A DNA stretch of 64,000 bases from an uncultured Candidatus Saccharibacteria bacterium (GTDB lineage Bacteria > Patescibacteriota > Doudnabacteria > UBA920): the NCBI GenBank assembly GCA_964434195.1, contig CAYSUI010000001.1, positions 79,833 to 143,832 on the forward strand, written 5' to 3'. The notes beneath the pieces were generated by a model. It had not been told where the DNA came from. It saw only the letters and a program-made list of their open reading frames with translations, and did not search any database. The number at the start of each line of letters is the position of its first letter. Within the stretch, counting starts at the first letter, position 1. Below are positions 9,260 to 18,936 of this stretch, in pieces. A program made the translations under genes and the position numbers.

Positions 9260-9817
9260 TTACTTTAAACCTGATTCTGTTAAAGAGTGCCTACCTCCAG
9301 TGACACTTCCTGTTTTGTCGCTTACACAGAAAGTGATCGTATATTTATCGGTAGCTGAAGAGGTATAGACATAATCGTTCCAAGTAAAACTACCATTTGC
9401 CTCGCTACAACGCGAACCTGCTGGTAGAGAACCGTCATCTGCTGGCTTTGGAGAAGGCTGAAATTGAGCCAAATAGACTGTACCAGAGGCTACAGAGGTT
9501 AGACCTATACCACCGTTTGGAGAAACTCCATTACTTGTCCCGCAAGTTGTTGCCGTACCACTATATAAAGAAAGGCTACCACTTAATACAATGGGACCGG
9601 TTTGTGGAAAACCATTACACGTATTTTGATATAACGACAAAGCACTAGCTAGTTGAGTTACATCGCTTAATCTCTTTGCATTCCTGGCTTTAGTTCTCGA
9701 ATTCGAAAGCGCAACCAATACGACAGATGCGAGCAGGCCAATAATGGCAATAACTACTAAGAGTTCTATAAGTGTAAAACCTTTTGTGGAAAAATTTTGT
9801 TTCTTTAGACCTTGCAT
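9260..9817 (-). CDS. Type IV pilin / pseudopilin
   Basis: GFTLIELLVVIAIIGLLAS N-methylation motif. Confidence 0.9.
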   Translation of the reverse strand: MQGLKKQNFSTKGFTLIELLVVIAIIGLLASVVLVALSNSRTKARNAKRLSDVTQLASALSLYQNTCNGFPQTGPIVLSGSLSLYSGTATTCGTSNGVSPNGGIGLTSVASGTVYLAQFQPSPKPADDGSLPAGSRCSEANGSFTWNDYVYTSSATDKYTITFCVSDKTGSVTGGRHSLTESGLK

Positions 9818-9940
9818 TCCATGATTTAAGACCGTTTTGTAATTATTTTAATTATAGCATACTTGCAATAATATCTAATTTATAATAATTTATAGACCTT
9901 TGTTGGTCACCTAACCAAATAGCCTGAGGAGGTAAGCAAA

Positions 9941-10573
9941 ATGAGTATGGGTTTTACGTTGCAGCAAGAACTTACACTGAAACATACTACTCGCCTTTCT
10001 GCCAAACTTCGTGCGGAAGTTGAGCAGGTTTTGAGTTTGCGACTTGGAATGCTTGTGGATGTGTGGCGAGAATACCGCTATGAACCAAGAGCAATTTGCC
10101 CGGGCTGTAGCCACCCGCTTACATTGGCTCAGATTGAAGCGGGTTTCTCTGATAGCCCCACAAACCATGCAGTGAAGTGTCCGTTGTGCAGCAGTCCGTT
10201 TTATGCGGAGCTGGTAAGCAAAACGAAGACCGGGCACATTGTAGCTGGGCATTATTATTGCAAACAGCAGACACTGCATGAGATTCGGGAACATTACGCA
10301 AAATCCCCTTCCGACTTTGAAGCAAAGATGAAGGATATATATCTATCTGCGCTTCGGCATTTTGGGAGTTTGAAAACCGCTTTTCGCCAGCTTGGTGTAA
10401 AGTATGGTTTTGCCGAAACCCCCAAATGGAAAGAAGTTGCTAGGGAATTTGTAGGGAAATTACCGGATACGGTTATCGCCAAAGAGCTGGAAGTACCGGC
10501 GAGAATTATTCGGCGGTTCCGTAACAGCCTTGGGGTTTCAAGGTTTGTGAAAAGCGATGCGCTTGAGAGTTAA
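9941..10573 (+). CDS. Zn-ribbon plus C-terminal HTH hypothetical protein
   Basis: GAGGAGG SD; CPGC..CPLC; C-terminal DTVIAKELEVPARIIRRFRNSLG. Confidence 0.75.
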   Translation: MSMGFTLQQELTLKHTTRLSAKLRAEVEQVLSLRLGMLVDVWREYRYEPRAICPGCSHPLTLAQIEAGFSDSPTNHAVKCPLCSSPFYAELVSKTKTGHIVAGHYYCKQQTLHEIREHYAKSPSDFEAKMKDIYLSALRHFGSLKTAFRQLGVKYGFAETPKWKEVAREFVGKLPDTVIAKELEVPARIIRRFRNSLGVSRFVKSDALES

Positions 10574-10706
10574 TACTCTCTTTTTTAATATAAACTTAAT
10601 ACTCAGATGTTAAATTAAAATGAGTTTATTGTTGACATTTTTCGATTTTTTATGTATAGTAATTGATAAAATTTTTTCAATTTTTGTACAGTGTAACGGA
10701 GGTGTT

Positions 10707-11261
10707 ATGAAACCGAAAGAAATTTTGCCTTCTGGTAAGTACGGTGTAATTTTACCTGGAAGCGACTTGATCCCCAATGAGAGTGACCCAGATTTTCCCC
10801 ACATCCGAGAAGAGCTCAGGAAGAGAGGCATCATATGGTATGAACGAGCATTTGGAAGGAGTACAGTTTTCTGGTTCTTAGGTGAAGAGGCGTTAAAGTT
10901 ACCTGAGGATCCTGAAGGCGTGAATGAAGGAAATCAGTATCTGCAATATCTTCCAGTCTCTGATGACTGTGGAGGTCATGGAATTGGAAGCTTGGATGAT
11001 TTTCTGGCAGCGAACCCGGGTGAGGATCTTAAGTCTCCGAAATACGGTGAATTATTGGTGCTTGGTAAATGCTATTGTTATATGGAACTAATAGCATATG
11101 CTCCATTCAGAAATGCTGTTACTAAAACAGTTCCACTAAACGGCAACTGTGGTTTCTGTAACGCAAGCATAAGAGCTTCCTTAGTTTACGAAGAAGACAA
11201 GACCAGTCCTTATGGCTGGAAAATAACTGTGGAAAATTTCACTGCAACTCCGCGAAAATAA
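10707..11261 (+). CDS. Hypothetical protein
   Basis: GGAGGTG SD before ATG 10707; upstream TTGACA..TATAGT promoter; CYC and CGFC. Confidence 0.7.
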   Translation: MKPKEILPSGKYGVILPGSDLIPNESDPDFPHIREELRKRGIIWYERAFGRSTVFWFLGEEALKLPEDPEGVNEGNQYLQYLPVSDDCGGHGIGSLDDFLAANPGEDLKSPKYGELLVLGKCYCYMELIAYAPFRNAVTKTVPLNGNCGFCNASIRASLVYEEDKTSPYGWKITVENFTATPRK

Positions 11262-11282
11262 TTTTCGCGATTTTTTTATTTT

Positions 11283-11636
11283 GACCAAAATGAAAACCTC
11301 CGGGCAGGAGACTTTCTTTTTGCTGGGCTGAGTGGGTGTGCTATAAATCTCCCTTGGAGCCCTACCCAAGGGAAGTTTTGGCACAGGCAAAGCCAGATGC
11401 CAAAACTAGTTCGATCCCCTTTCCTACATCAACCAAAAAGAAAACCTCCGATGCAGGAGGCTTTCTTTTTGGTGGTCTGCTATATATGGGGCTAGCGTCG
11501 CCCCCTCCACCGGGCTAAGCCCTAAGTGGAGCCACCCCTTCTCGCACCCTGGGTGCTAATATTATTTAAATCCCTAACTTACTTCACCAATAATAAAACC
11601 TCCTGCACCGGAGGTTTTATTATTGGTGGGCTGAAT
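11283..11636. repeat. Three tandem ~150-bp units: palindrome ACCAA..AAAACCTCC..GGAGG..TTGGT, tRNA-3'-end-like remnant, and hairpins
   Basis: Units start near 11284, 11432 and 11586; the third is identical over 45 bp to 16385-16429. Confidence 0.75.
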
Positions 11637-11786
11637 AGGTCATTACTCGAATACGTACGCAATGCGACGGAAAAACTAACAAAAACTCAAAGGTTTGCTT
11701 GGGAAAATTGCTATACGCAATTAATTACAGCGAGGTTAATAAAAGACACGATTCCGGTTGCTGTATAAGTGTTGAGTTCAAACTTT

Positions 11787-13247
11787 TTATAAAATATTAG
11801 ACGACATGGGTGCTGGTGCTGTAAACGGCTGCTTCCTCGGTAATGCGAGGCAAAATACTGTGGAAATCAAGATTATGAATAATGATGCCCCAACGGTCCA
11901 TAATGTGCTATTAGCTATGTTACCGTAAATGAATAATGGTATACCAATTAAGAAAGATACTAATACACCCCAAAACACGCCCTTTTCACTTAACTTATCC
12001 CAATACAAGCTTAAAACTGTTGGTACAACCACACATGCGGCTATGGTGTTGAATACCCACCATAGCTGTTTCAGTCCAAAATTAGGGATATAAACGGCTG
12101 CGAGAGCAACTAGTAGACCTAAGATAGTTACACCAAACATAGAATAGCGCGCTGCGCGAATAGCTCCTTTATCGTCTTTAGATTTAACCACATCTGTTAC
12201 CCAGAGAGAGCCAATAGCAGATAGTCCTGCGTCTAAAGCAGACGTTAGACCGGCTAATAGCATAACCACGAACAGCGATACCGCCCAAAGTGGCAAAAGC
12301 GTTGCAACAACCTGCACTCCCACCATTGAAGCGTCAATTCCAGTTGGCAGACTTATATGTAGGTTAGGGTTGGCCGCTAAAAATCCTAGGGTCGACAAAC
12401 CTATCGGCACAAGACCAAAAAGAATTGAGCCAAAGATAAATGCTTTTACTACTTTACCCTCTTTAATAGCAAACGCACGTTGCCAGTTAGACTGGTCGGA
12501 AATTGAGCCGGCCAGTAAACCAATGGAAGTAACTATGCCAAAAGAAAATGCCACACCGGGGTCAAATATGTTGCCAATGTTTTGTATACCGTGAAAACCA
12601 GCGCTAATGGCGCTAAAGCCGCCCGCCGCACTCCAAGCCAAGGGTAAAATAATAATACCTATAAGATAAATTAACCCTAACTGCACAAAGTCCGTAATTA
12701 TAGAGGCTTGAAATCCTGAAATTAAAGTATAAATTAATACGATACCGGCTAAAATTGGCATTATGGTCGTAAGGGGTATGCCAGTAAGTAAAGAAAGTAA
12801 ACTACCGCCAGCAAACAGCTGAACGACTACTGCCATTAGTTGATAGAAGAGATAGGGAAACAAAAATACTTTGTGCACTCGGTCGCTTTCGAGTCGATAT
12901 TTAATATATTGGGTAAATGTATACCCTTGTGGCAGTCGCGCGCGTATTCGGGGAGCAAAAATAGCGAAAATCAGCAAAGCTAAAATATTTGGTAATGTAA
13001 ACCAAAAGATGCCGGCCAAGCCCTGCTGGTATGCGACCTGCACAGAAACAAATAACGCCGGTGCCCATATCCAAGAAGAGGCAATGCTAAAACCTCCTAA
13101 GACCCATCCCACTTTTCTATTAGCTAGTAAAAAACCTTCTTTTGTTTGCCAGTTTTGTCTTTTTGAAAAATAGTAAGTGAACCAAGTAATAATTATGGCA
13201 AAGAACGTTAGAAACCAATAGCCGGTTGCTTGTGATACAAAGCCCAT
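11787..13247 (-). CDS. Sodium:solute symporter family (DUR3/urea-transporter-like)
   Basis: About 13 TM segments; FLLANR, SIASSWIWA, SGFQASIITDFVQ, DQSNWQR motifs. Confidence 0.88.
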   Translation of the reverse strand: MGFVSQATGYWFLTFFAIIITWFTYYFSKRQNWQTKEGFLLANRKVGWVLGGFSIASSWIWAPALFVSVQVAYQQGLAGIFWFTLPNILALLIFAIFAPRIRARLPQGYTFTQYIKYRLESDRVHKVFLFPYLFYQLMAVVVQLFAGGSLLSLLTGIPLTTIMPILAGIVLIYTLISGFQASIITDFVQLGLIYLIGIIILPLAWSAAGGFSAISAGFHGIQNIGNIFDPGVAFSFGIVTSIGLLAGSISDQSNWQRAFAIKEGKVVKAFIFGSILFGLVPIGLSTLGFLAANPNLHISLPTGIDASMVGVQVVATLLPLWAVSLFVVMLLAGLTSALDAGLSAIGSLWVTDVVKSKDDKGAIRAARYSMFGVTILGLLVALAAVYIPNFGLKQLWWVFNTIAACVVVPTVLSLYWDKLSEKGVFWGVLVSFLIGIPLFIYGNIANSTLWTVGASLFIILISTVFCLALPRKQPFTAPAPMSSNIL

Positions 13248-13336
13248 ATAAATAATTTAAGGTTGATTTATTAAGGCTTATTCTATATACTATTGAGTGA
13301 GTGGCAAATACCACCACTTTTATATAATTTTATGCT

Positions 13337-14086
13337 ATGTACAGAGAAATACTTGAAGAATTAGGACTATCCCCTAACGAAGCCAAAATATACGAGGGTC
13401 TGCTTGATATTGGTATGGCCAGTGTCCCGGAAATCTCATTAAAAATTGGAGTACACAAACGGAATGTGTACGATATTATTCCCAAACTTTTAAAAAAGGG
13501 GTTAATTTACCAAATCGCAGATACGAAAGAAAATAAGTATGCACCATTAGAACCGGCTAAGTTATCGGATTTAATTTGGGAGAAGGAAGCAAAGTTAAAA
13601 AGTATTTTACCCGCACTAAAAAGACAATTTAAAAAAACCGCAACCGGTGAGGCGGTTTATATTTATAAAGGCGTAGAGGGTTTTAAGAACTACTTGAGGG
13701 ACATTTTGGAAGTCGGTGAAGATGTTTATTTCATAGGAGCGAAGGGCGGTTGGTTTGATAAGGATTTACAGACTTTTATAAAAAAGTTCTTAAGGCAAGC
13801 AAAAGAAAAGAAAATTAAGTATTATCATATATTCGATGCGGAAGTTAAGAACCTCGCGCCAGATTTACCAACAGCACTTGGTAAGCCGTATAGGTTTTTG
13901 CCGCCCGGGTATTCAACGACTGGCGCTATAGATATTTTTGGCGACCATATTGTTACTTTTTCTGGACTTACTCTGAAAAATATTACCGATGACATTACAT
14001 TGGTCGTTATTATAAATAAAGAGCTTGCAGATTGTTACCGCACTTGGTTTCGCTTTATGTGGGACCATTGCAAAGTGGAAAAATAA
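13337..14086 (+). CDS. TrmB-family transcriptional regulator
   Basis: LEELGLSPNEAKIY..R.NVYD..L.KKGL wHTH; divergent from the symporter. Confidence 0.85.
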   Translation: MYREILEELGLSPNEAKIYEGLLDIGMASVPEISLKIGVHKRNVYDIIPKLLKKGLIYQIADTKENKYAPLEPAKLSDLIWEKEAKLKSILPALKRQFKKTATGEAVYIYKGVEGFKNYLRDILEVGEDVYFIGAKGGWFDKDLQTFIKKFLRQAKEKKIKYYHIFDAEVKNLAPDLPTALGKPYRFLPPGYSTTGAIDIFGDHIVTFSGLTLKNITDDITLVVIINKELADCYRTWFRFMWDHCKVEK

Positions 14087-14087
14087 G

Positions 14088-14925
14088 CTAGACCCTTGAA
14101 GGTCGAAGTTTTTGTACAGGTTTTTTCTTGGACGACCCGATACTTTTTTTGGGTTTCTTGGGAGTAACTAAGCTTTTTTGGCAATCAAATGACTGCACCC
14201 AAACATTTGGAATCCTTTGAAAAGTTTCTTTTATTAGGGCAATATTTTCTGCTTCGTTGTTATTTATGACAAGCAAAATACCATGTGTTGCGTAGTAACC
14301 TTTCATGTACCTTTCCATGCTGGAGTATGAGGGCGAAGCAGTAAGGACTAGACCTTTCAGGTCGGAATTGGAAGTTAACTTAACTTCAACGATTACCGGA
14401 CCGACGAAACCGTACCTTACAAAAAAATCAGTCTTTTTTCCGTCTAGTAACTCTGGCTCACGCATAACCTCAACCTGGAAACCACGCTTAAGTAAAATAT
14501 TCTCTGCTTGTGCTTTTAGTGTTTTTTGAACTAATTTTTCATACTCTTGCCGTTTCGCTGCATACACTTTTTCTCCCAGAATCAGGTCATAAGCACCTTC
14601 TCCTTCAATCCACCGCCTTAGGTCTGTCTCTAAAGCATCCTGCAAATGACGGAACAAGTCGTCAGAGGTAACAATCTTTTTATCGTCGTACTCCCGTGCA
14701 TTATTGTATCTTTTTACCGCTTCGGATATATTTCGAGGCTTCCCAAGATACGCTAAATAAGAACGACGCAGGTTTACCATACGCCCCGCGAGCCAATTTG
14801 CACCTTGTCGGTCTTTCATCTCGGCTATCTTAGCTTCTAATAAGCCCAAGGGCGTATATGAGCGTTTTTCCTTCAAGTTATCGAAATATGAATAAACAAT
14901 CTCCCAAAGGTAGGAAGCGTATGCT
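14088..14925 (-). pseudogene. N-terminally truncated protein with a C-terminal PD-(D/E)xK-like nuclease domain
   Basis: REPELLDGKKTDF..VIVEVK motif; the frame stays open upstream of the tracked TTG (..YASYLWEIVYSYFDNLKE) and runs into the recombinase fragment. Confidence 0.55.
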
Positions 14926-16285
14926 TGAGGGCGTTCTTTCGAGCGTTGCAGAGTTTTTCTCTTTGCAAAGTGGAGAAAAAGTAAAAACAGGCATGAAGCA
15001 AAAACTTAAAGAAGGCCTTTGGCCGACTGGAGCATCGTACGGATACAAGAACGTGCGAGAAAAATTATCTACTGGTAAAGTGCGTTCTTGGGTGGAAATA
15101 AATTGGGAAGAAGCTAAATGGGTAATTCGAGCTTTTGAATTATTCGCTACGGGTAATTATTCCACCATATCTCTCGCCCAAATACTTCGCCAGGAAGGGT
15201 TTCCAGTAAGAAAATATAAGAGAGGGAATGACAAATTACATGCAAGCTTTATCGAAAGGCTTTTACGCAATAAGTTTTTTATAGGCATTATCGAATGGGA
15301 CGGCCTTGTTAATCCCAATGGTAAACATGAGCTCTTTTTAGACCGTCAACTTTTCGACAAAGTACAAAGTATCTTAGATATGCGTCTAGGTGGAGGTAGC
15401 AGAAAGCGTAAGCATTTTTCTATACTTAAAGGCCCTGCTTTCTGCCAAGAGTGCAATAGCAGGATTACAATGGATGTTAAAGAAACTACTACTCAAACTA
15501 TACGATACCTTCGTTGTTTGAAGTCACAAAATAGCGAGCGTGTTCAGTGCTCCCAGGAGTACCCCCATGAACTAGAGATTCTAAAGCAAGTAGACGAATT
15601 ACTTAGGCAAATAAAACTCAAAGATACCTTTGTTATAAAATTACGGAAACGTATTAGAAAAACGTTTGCCGATGAGCAGCAGGTTTATGAAAGAGCGCGA
15701 ATGGATATTTTGAATATAACAGAAGAAATAAAACGCAAGAAAAAGAATCTTGTTCTACAAATGATAAGCAAGGACAACGCTTCAACAGAAGACTTGGACA
15801 TATTTGCGAGCGTCCAAGACGAGCTTAATGTTGAAGAGAAGTACCTTAATGAACAACTGGAGAAAATTGAAAATAAAATTACCAGCGTGGTTAGAACGAT
15901 TCAGATTGCATTAGCTATCGCCACAGACTGCCATTATGCGTACAAAAAGGCTGAACCAGAATTGAAGGCTATGCTTATACAGACATTATTCAAAAAGATT
16001 TATATTCGGGACAAACAAATAACCCAAGTAGTTCTAAATGAACCCTTGGATTATTTGTGTCTAAAGAGGTTACAGAAAAACCCCGTATTCGATTTAACTT
16101 CAAATGGTGGGTCGAGTGGGGATCGAACCCACGACAAACGGCTTAAAAGGCCGCTGGCGCTATATACCTGGGATCCGGTAAACCGGCCCCAGGACGTGAA
16201 CAACGGCAAAGCCGCTGTTCACTCCCTAAAGGGGTATTCGCAGCGGCTTAAAATTTGTATCCAAAATTTTTACTTGGTGGGCTGA
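14921..16285 (+). pseudogene. Large serine recombinase lacking most of its N-terminal catalytic domain
   Basis: SVAEFFS..EKVKTGM..G.WP..YGY recombinase domain; CQEC..C..C zinc ribbon; coiled coil; no Y.R.S catalytic motif. Confidence 0.85.
16105..16156 (-). pseudogene. 3' fragment of tRNA-Lys(UUU) (att junction)
   Basis: 52-bp copy of the anticodon arm, T arm and CCA of 16423-16498, differing in the acceptor strand. Confidence 0.85.
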
Positions 16286-16422
16286 GTGGGTTTACTATAT
16301 ATCGCCCCGAAGTGGATTCGGGGCAGAACCCAGAACCGGGAAACCCGGATTCTGGGTTCTTGTTCGATCCCTTAACTAATATCAACCAATAATAAAACCT
16401 CCTGCACCGGAGGTTTTATTAT

Positions 16423-16498
16423 TGGTGGGTTCGGTGGGGATCGAACCCACGACAAACGGCTTAAAAGGCCGCTGCTCTACCGACTGAGCTACGAACCC
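16423..16498 (-). tRNA. tRNA-Lys(UUU)
   Basis: GGGTTCGTAGCTCAG...CTTTTAA...GTTCGATCC...ACCA; 76-nt cloverleaf. Confidence 0.96.
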
Positions 16499-16760
16499 TC
16501 GTCATACTTGTTTCCGGGTTGCGCGAGCCGTCTGCTATCGCAGACAACTCACTCCACCCTACACCAAGTACTCCTCTTCCCCAAATACCTTATTGCTATG
16601 GTTTTAAAAAGACTCTTCGAATCTTTTTAAAACATTAAGGTAATCAAGCTATTTGGGGGACCCCCGTATGGGGAAAGGGATATTTGAAACGATCTTTCAT
16701 AGTTTACTGAAAAGTGGAGAAAAATTCAAGGGAATAAAAAATACGCTATTTTAGCGTAGG

Positions 16761-17159
16761 TTATTTGTTTAGAGTCAGTCCGGTGGGGTTTGGGACATAG
16801 TACAGGGTGTAGACCCACCAGTGTTCTTTGTCGTGGAGGAGGTCTACGTTTATGTATGTACCACCGCCCAACTGATGGACTATCTTGTACCCATAAAGCG
16901 TGAAGTCGCCCTTTACCTTGTCTGTCTGTGGGACGCTTAGGTGGGCCATATACGTCTTAGGCAGGGATACGTAGGCGCTCATTGGGTAAATGCGGCTACT
17001 TTTCACGTCGGGGGTTTCTTTCTCGAATACCCTTACTAACTGCCAGACTTCGGGCGCTTCCGAGAGAATGGCTTTGTATAGAGCCATTTGAAAAGCTCCA
17101 CCGAGAAAACGAAGACCCATAAGTGTTGGAATGTTCAGTTGTTCCCAAGGTTTGATCAT
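16761..17159 (-). CDS. Hypothetical protein
   Basis: 132-aa ORF with ATGA overlap to the upstream gene. Confidence 0.65.
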   Translation of the reverse strand: MIKPWEQLNIPTLMGLRFLGGAFQMALYKAILSEAPEVWQLVRVFEKETPDVKSSRIYPMSAYVSLPKTYMAHLSVPQTDKVKGDFTLYGYKIVHQLGGGTYINVDLLHDKEHWWVYTLYYVPNPTGLTLNK

Positions 17160-17869
17160 TTTGCCTCACTTACTGCTAATAGTAGTGGTTCGAGTTGGGG
17201 TTTTACTTCGTCCCAACTGTAGATGAGGCTTTTGTGGATGCGGATTTGGCCCTTGTGACCACCGTCTTCGAAGCCGTCGTAGGAATCAATTCCTGGTATG
17301 GCCAATACCTTATCCCAGTCCGGCTTAGCGGTGTTGGGAATATAGACGGTGTCTATTCGGCACTGAAACTGCGAGCCTTTCCAAGCATCGCAGTCGTTTG
17401 AGCTTGTGAGATTGTTGATGCCATGGGTCAGGCTTACCGGTTTGCCTAGCGTGCATTCGACGAATTTCTTGATTTCCGAAATTTCGGAATCAATTTTTTC
17501 TTTGTTAAGCACGTCGTCGTAATAGTCTACGAATAGACGATGTTTATACATATGCACCGAGGACACACCGGGACGCTTTGCGAGTTCGTCTGCCAAGTAC
17601 GAGGGTCCGGGAATGTAGACTTCGCTGTTTTGGAATGCTCCCGACACGCCCATGATATTGTTATGAAACTGTGTAGGCAAGGTGTCTCGGGTTTCTACCC
17701 AAAATCCACAGTACTTACGAGTATGGGCGTCTACAAAAGTACTCCACGCGACACTACCGAACGAAATAGTGCCCGGGCTTTGTTTTTGTTTGGTACATGA
17801 AGGTAGCCCCACAAATACCACACAAAGCACGACCACAAACTGAATTACCAGGTTTCTGGTTTTTTTCAT
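17156..17869 (-). CDS. Putative lipoprotein
   Basis: GGAGG SD; signal peptide ending in a lipobox-like LPSC. Confidence 0.65.
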   Translation of the reverse strand: MKKTRNLVIQFVVVLCVVFVGLPSCTKQKQSPGTISFGSVAWSTFVDAHTRKYCGFWVETRDTLPTQFHNNIMGVSGAFQNSEVYIPGPSYLADELAKRPGVSSVHMYKHRLFVDYYDDVLNKEKIDSEISEIKKFVECTLGKPVSLTHGINNLTSSNDCDAWKGSQFQCRIDTVYIPNTAKPDWDKVLAIPGIDSYDGFEDGGHKGQIRIHKSLIYSWDEVKPQLEPLLLAVSEAK

Positions 17870-18060
17870 TTCTTCCTCCAAAGTAAGTTTGTTGTTTCTG
17901 CGAGGTAATTTATTTTTATATCATAGACCGGCCTAATTAGCAATACTAAAACCCTTATTTTCTTGACGGATTTTACTGGTGCGGTAAACTAAAGAGCTAA
18001 ATATTAATCAGGGAACTTTATGCGAGAGGGACGCAGACAGACACCCAAACAAATTTCTCG

Positions 18061-18897
18061 ATGGAACAAAACAATCCTCAGAAAAACAAAAATGAAAGTT
18101 TTTTCCAAAAAAACCAAAATTACATAATAGCAGGGGTAATTGTACTGCTACTCATTATTTACTTCGCAACACAAAAGCCAGCAAATACTGAGCAAGCACA
18201 GGAAGACCAGAATACCGAGCAAACCAGCTCAGATTCTACAGAAACCCCAAGCACAGAGACTTCTGATAACAAAGAAGGCGAAAAGATATCAGCAGACAGT
18301 GAAGAAAAAAAACCAGAAACTGCCATGAGTTCGGATAAAAAGGCTGAAGAAAAGCCTAAGACTGAAACCAAAACAGAATCTATGGAGAAAACTCAAGAAA
18401 CCTCTGGTAACCTAACTGTTTCTGGAACCTTAATGAAGAGTGATAACCCTTCTAAGGGCAACCTTATGGTTATGAAAGATGCAAGCAAATACTATGTTTC
18501 TACAAAAAGAGATTTTAGTGCTTGGACAGATAAACAGGTTACTCTTCTTGCCGACGGAACAGCTAAGGATTATAAATTCCTAGGCTTCAAAGAAGCGAGC
18601 GCTAGTAAATCTGACACAAACATGAGTGTTGGAGGAAAGACAGATACCACAGCTAAGGGCGGAAACAGTGAAGCCCCTGATGCTATGACGGTAAAGACTG
18701 GTGACCTAAATTTCTCTGGAACTCTAAAGAAATCCAGCGATACAGCTAAAGGAAATTACGTAATAGAGAGCGGAAAGAGCAAAATTTATCTTAAGACCAA
18801 CAAGGATTACTCTGGGTGGGAAAACAAGGAAGTAAATGCAACTGCTACCGGTACCCTAAACAGTTTTACTGGGTTAGTGCTTACGGAAAAGAAATAG
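18061..18897 (+). CDS. Membrane-anchored protein with two tandem ~60-aa beta repeats
   Basis: N-terminal TM, low-complexity linker, repeats G.L..SGTL.KS...KGN..Y..T..D.S.W..K.V...GT. Confidence 0.8.
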   Translation: MEQNNPQKNKNESFFQKNQNYIIAGVIVLLLIIYFATQKPANTEQAQEDQNTEQTSSDSTETPSTETSDNKEGEKISADSEEKKPETAMSSDKKAEEKPKTETKTESMEKTQETSGNLTVSGTLMKSDNPSKGNLMVMKDASKYYVSTKRDFSAWTDKQVTLLADGTAKDYKFLGFKEASASKSDTNMSVGGKTDTTAKGGNSEAPDAMTVKTGDLNFSGTLKKSSDTAKGNYVIESGKSKIYLKTNKDYSGWENKEVNATATGTLNSFTGLVLTEKK

Positions 18898-18936
18898 TGT
18901 TAGAAAAAAAGACCGTCTCGTATATGCGAGGCGGTT

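Larger units (their letters stand above)
11624..16111. mobile_element. Decayed integrative element (large serine recombinase) at the tRNA-Lys 3' end
   Basis: TGGTGGG core at both ends (11624-11630, 16105-16111); joining the ends restores the inverted repeat CGTATTCGA/TCGAATACG; recombinase at the right end. Confidence 0.7.

Noticed and set aside
11283-11636. Possible CRISPR array
   Set aside because: Repeats are degenerate, intervening segments are ~100 bp and structured, they are tied to tRNA fragments, and there are no cas genes in the window.
11336-11768. ORFs 11336..11518 and 11526..11768 as independent genes
   Set aside because: They run through repeats; only 11625-11768 is meaningful, as the displaced recombinase tail.
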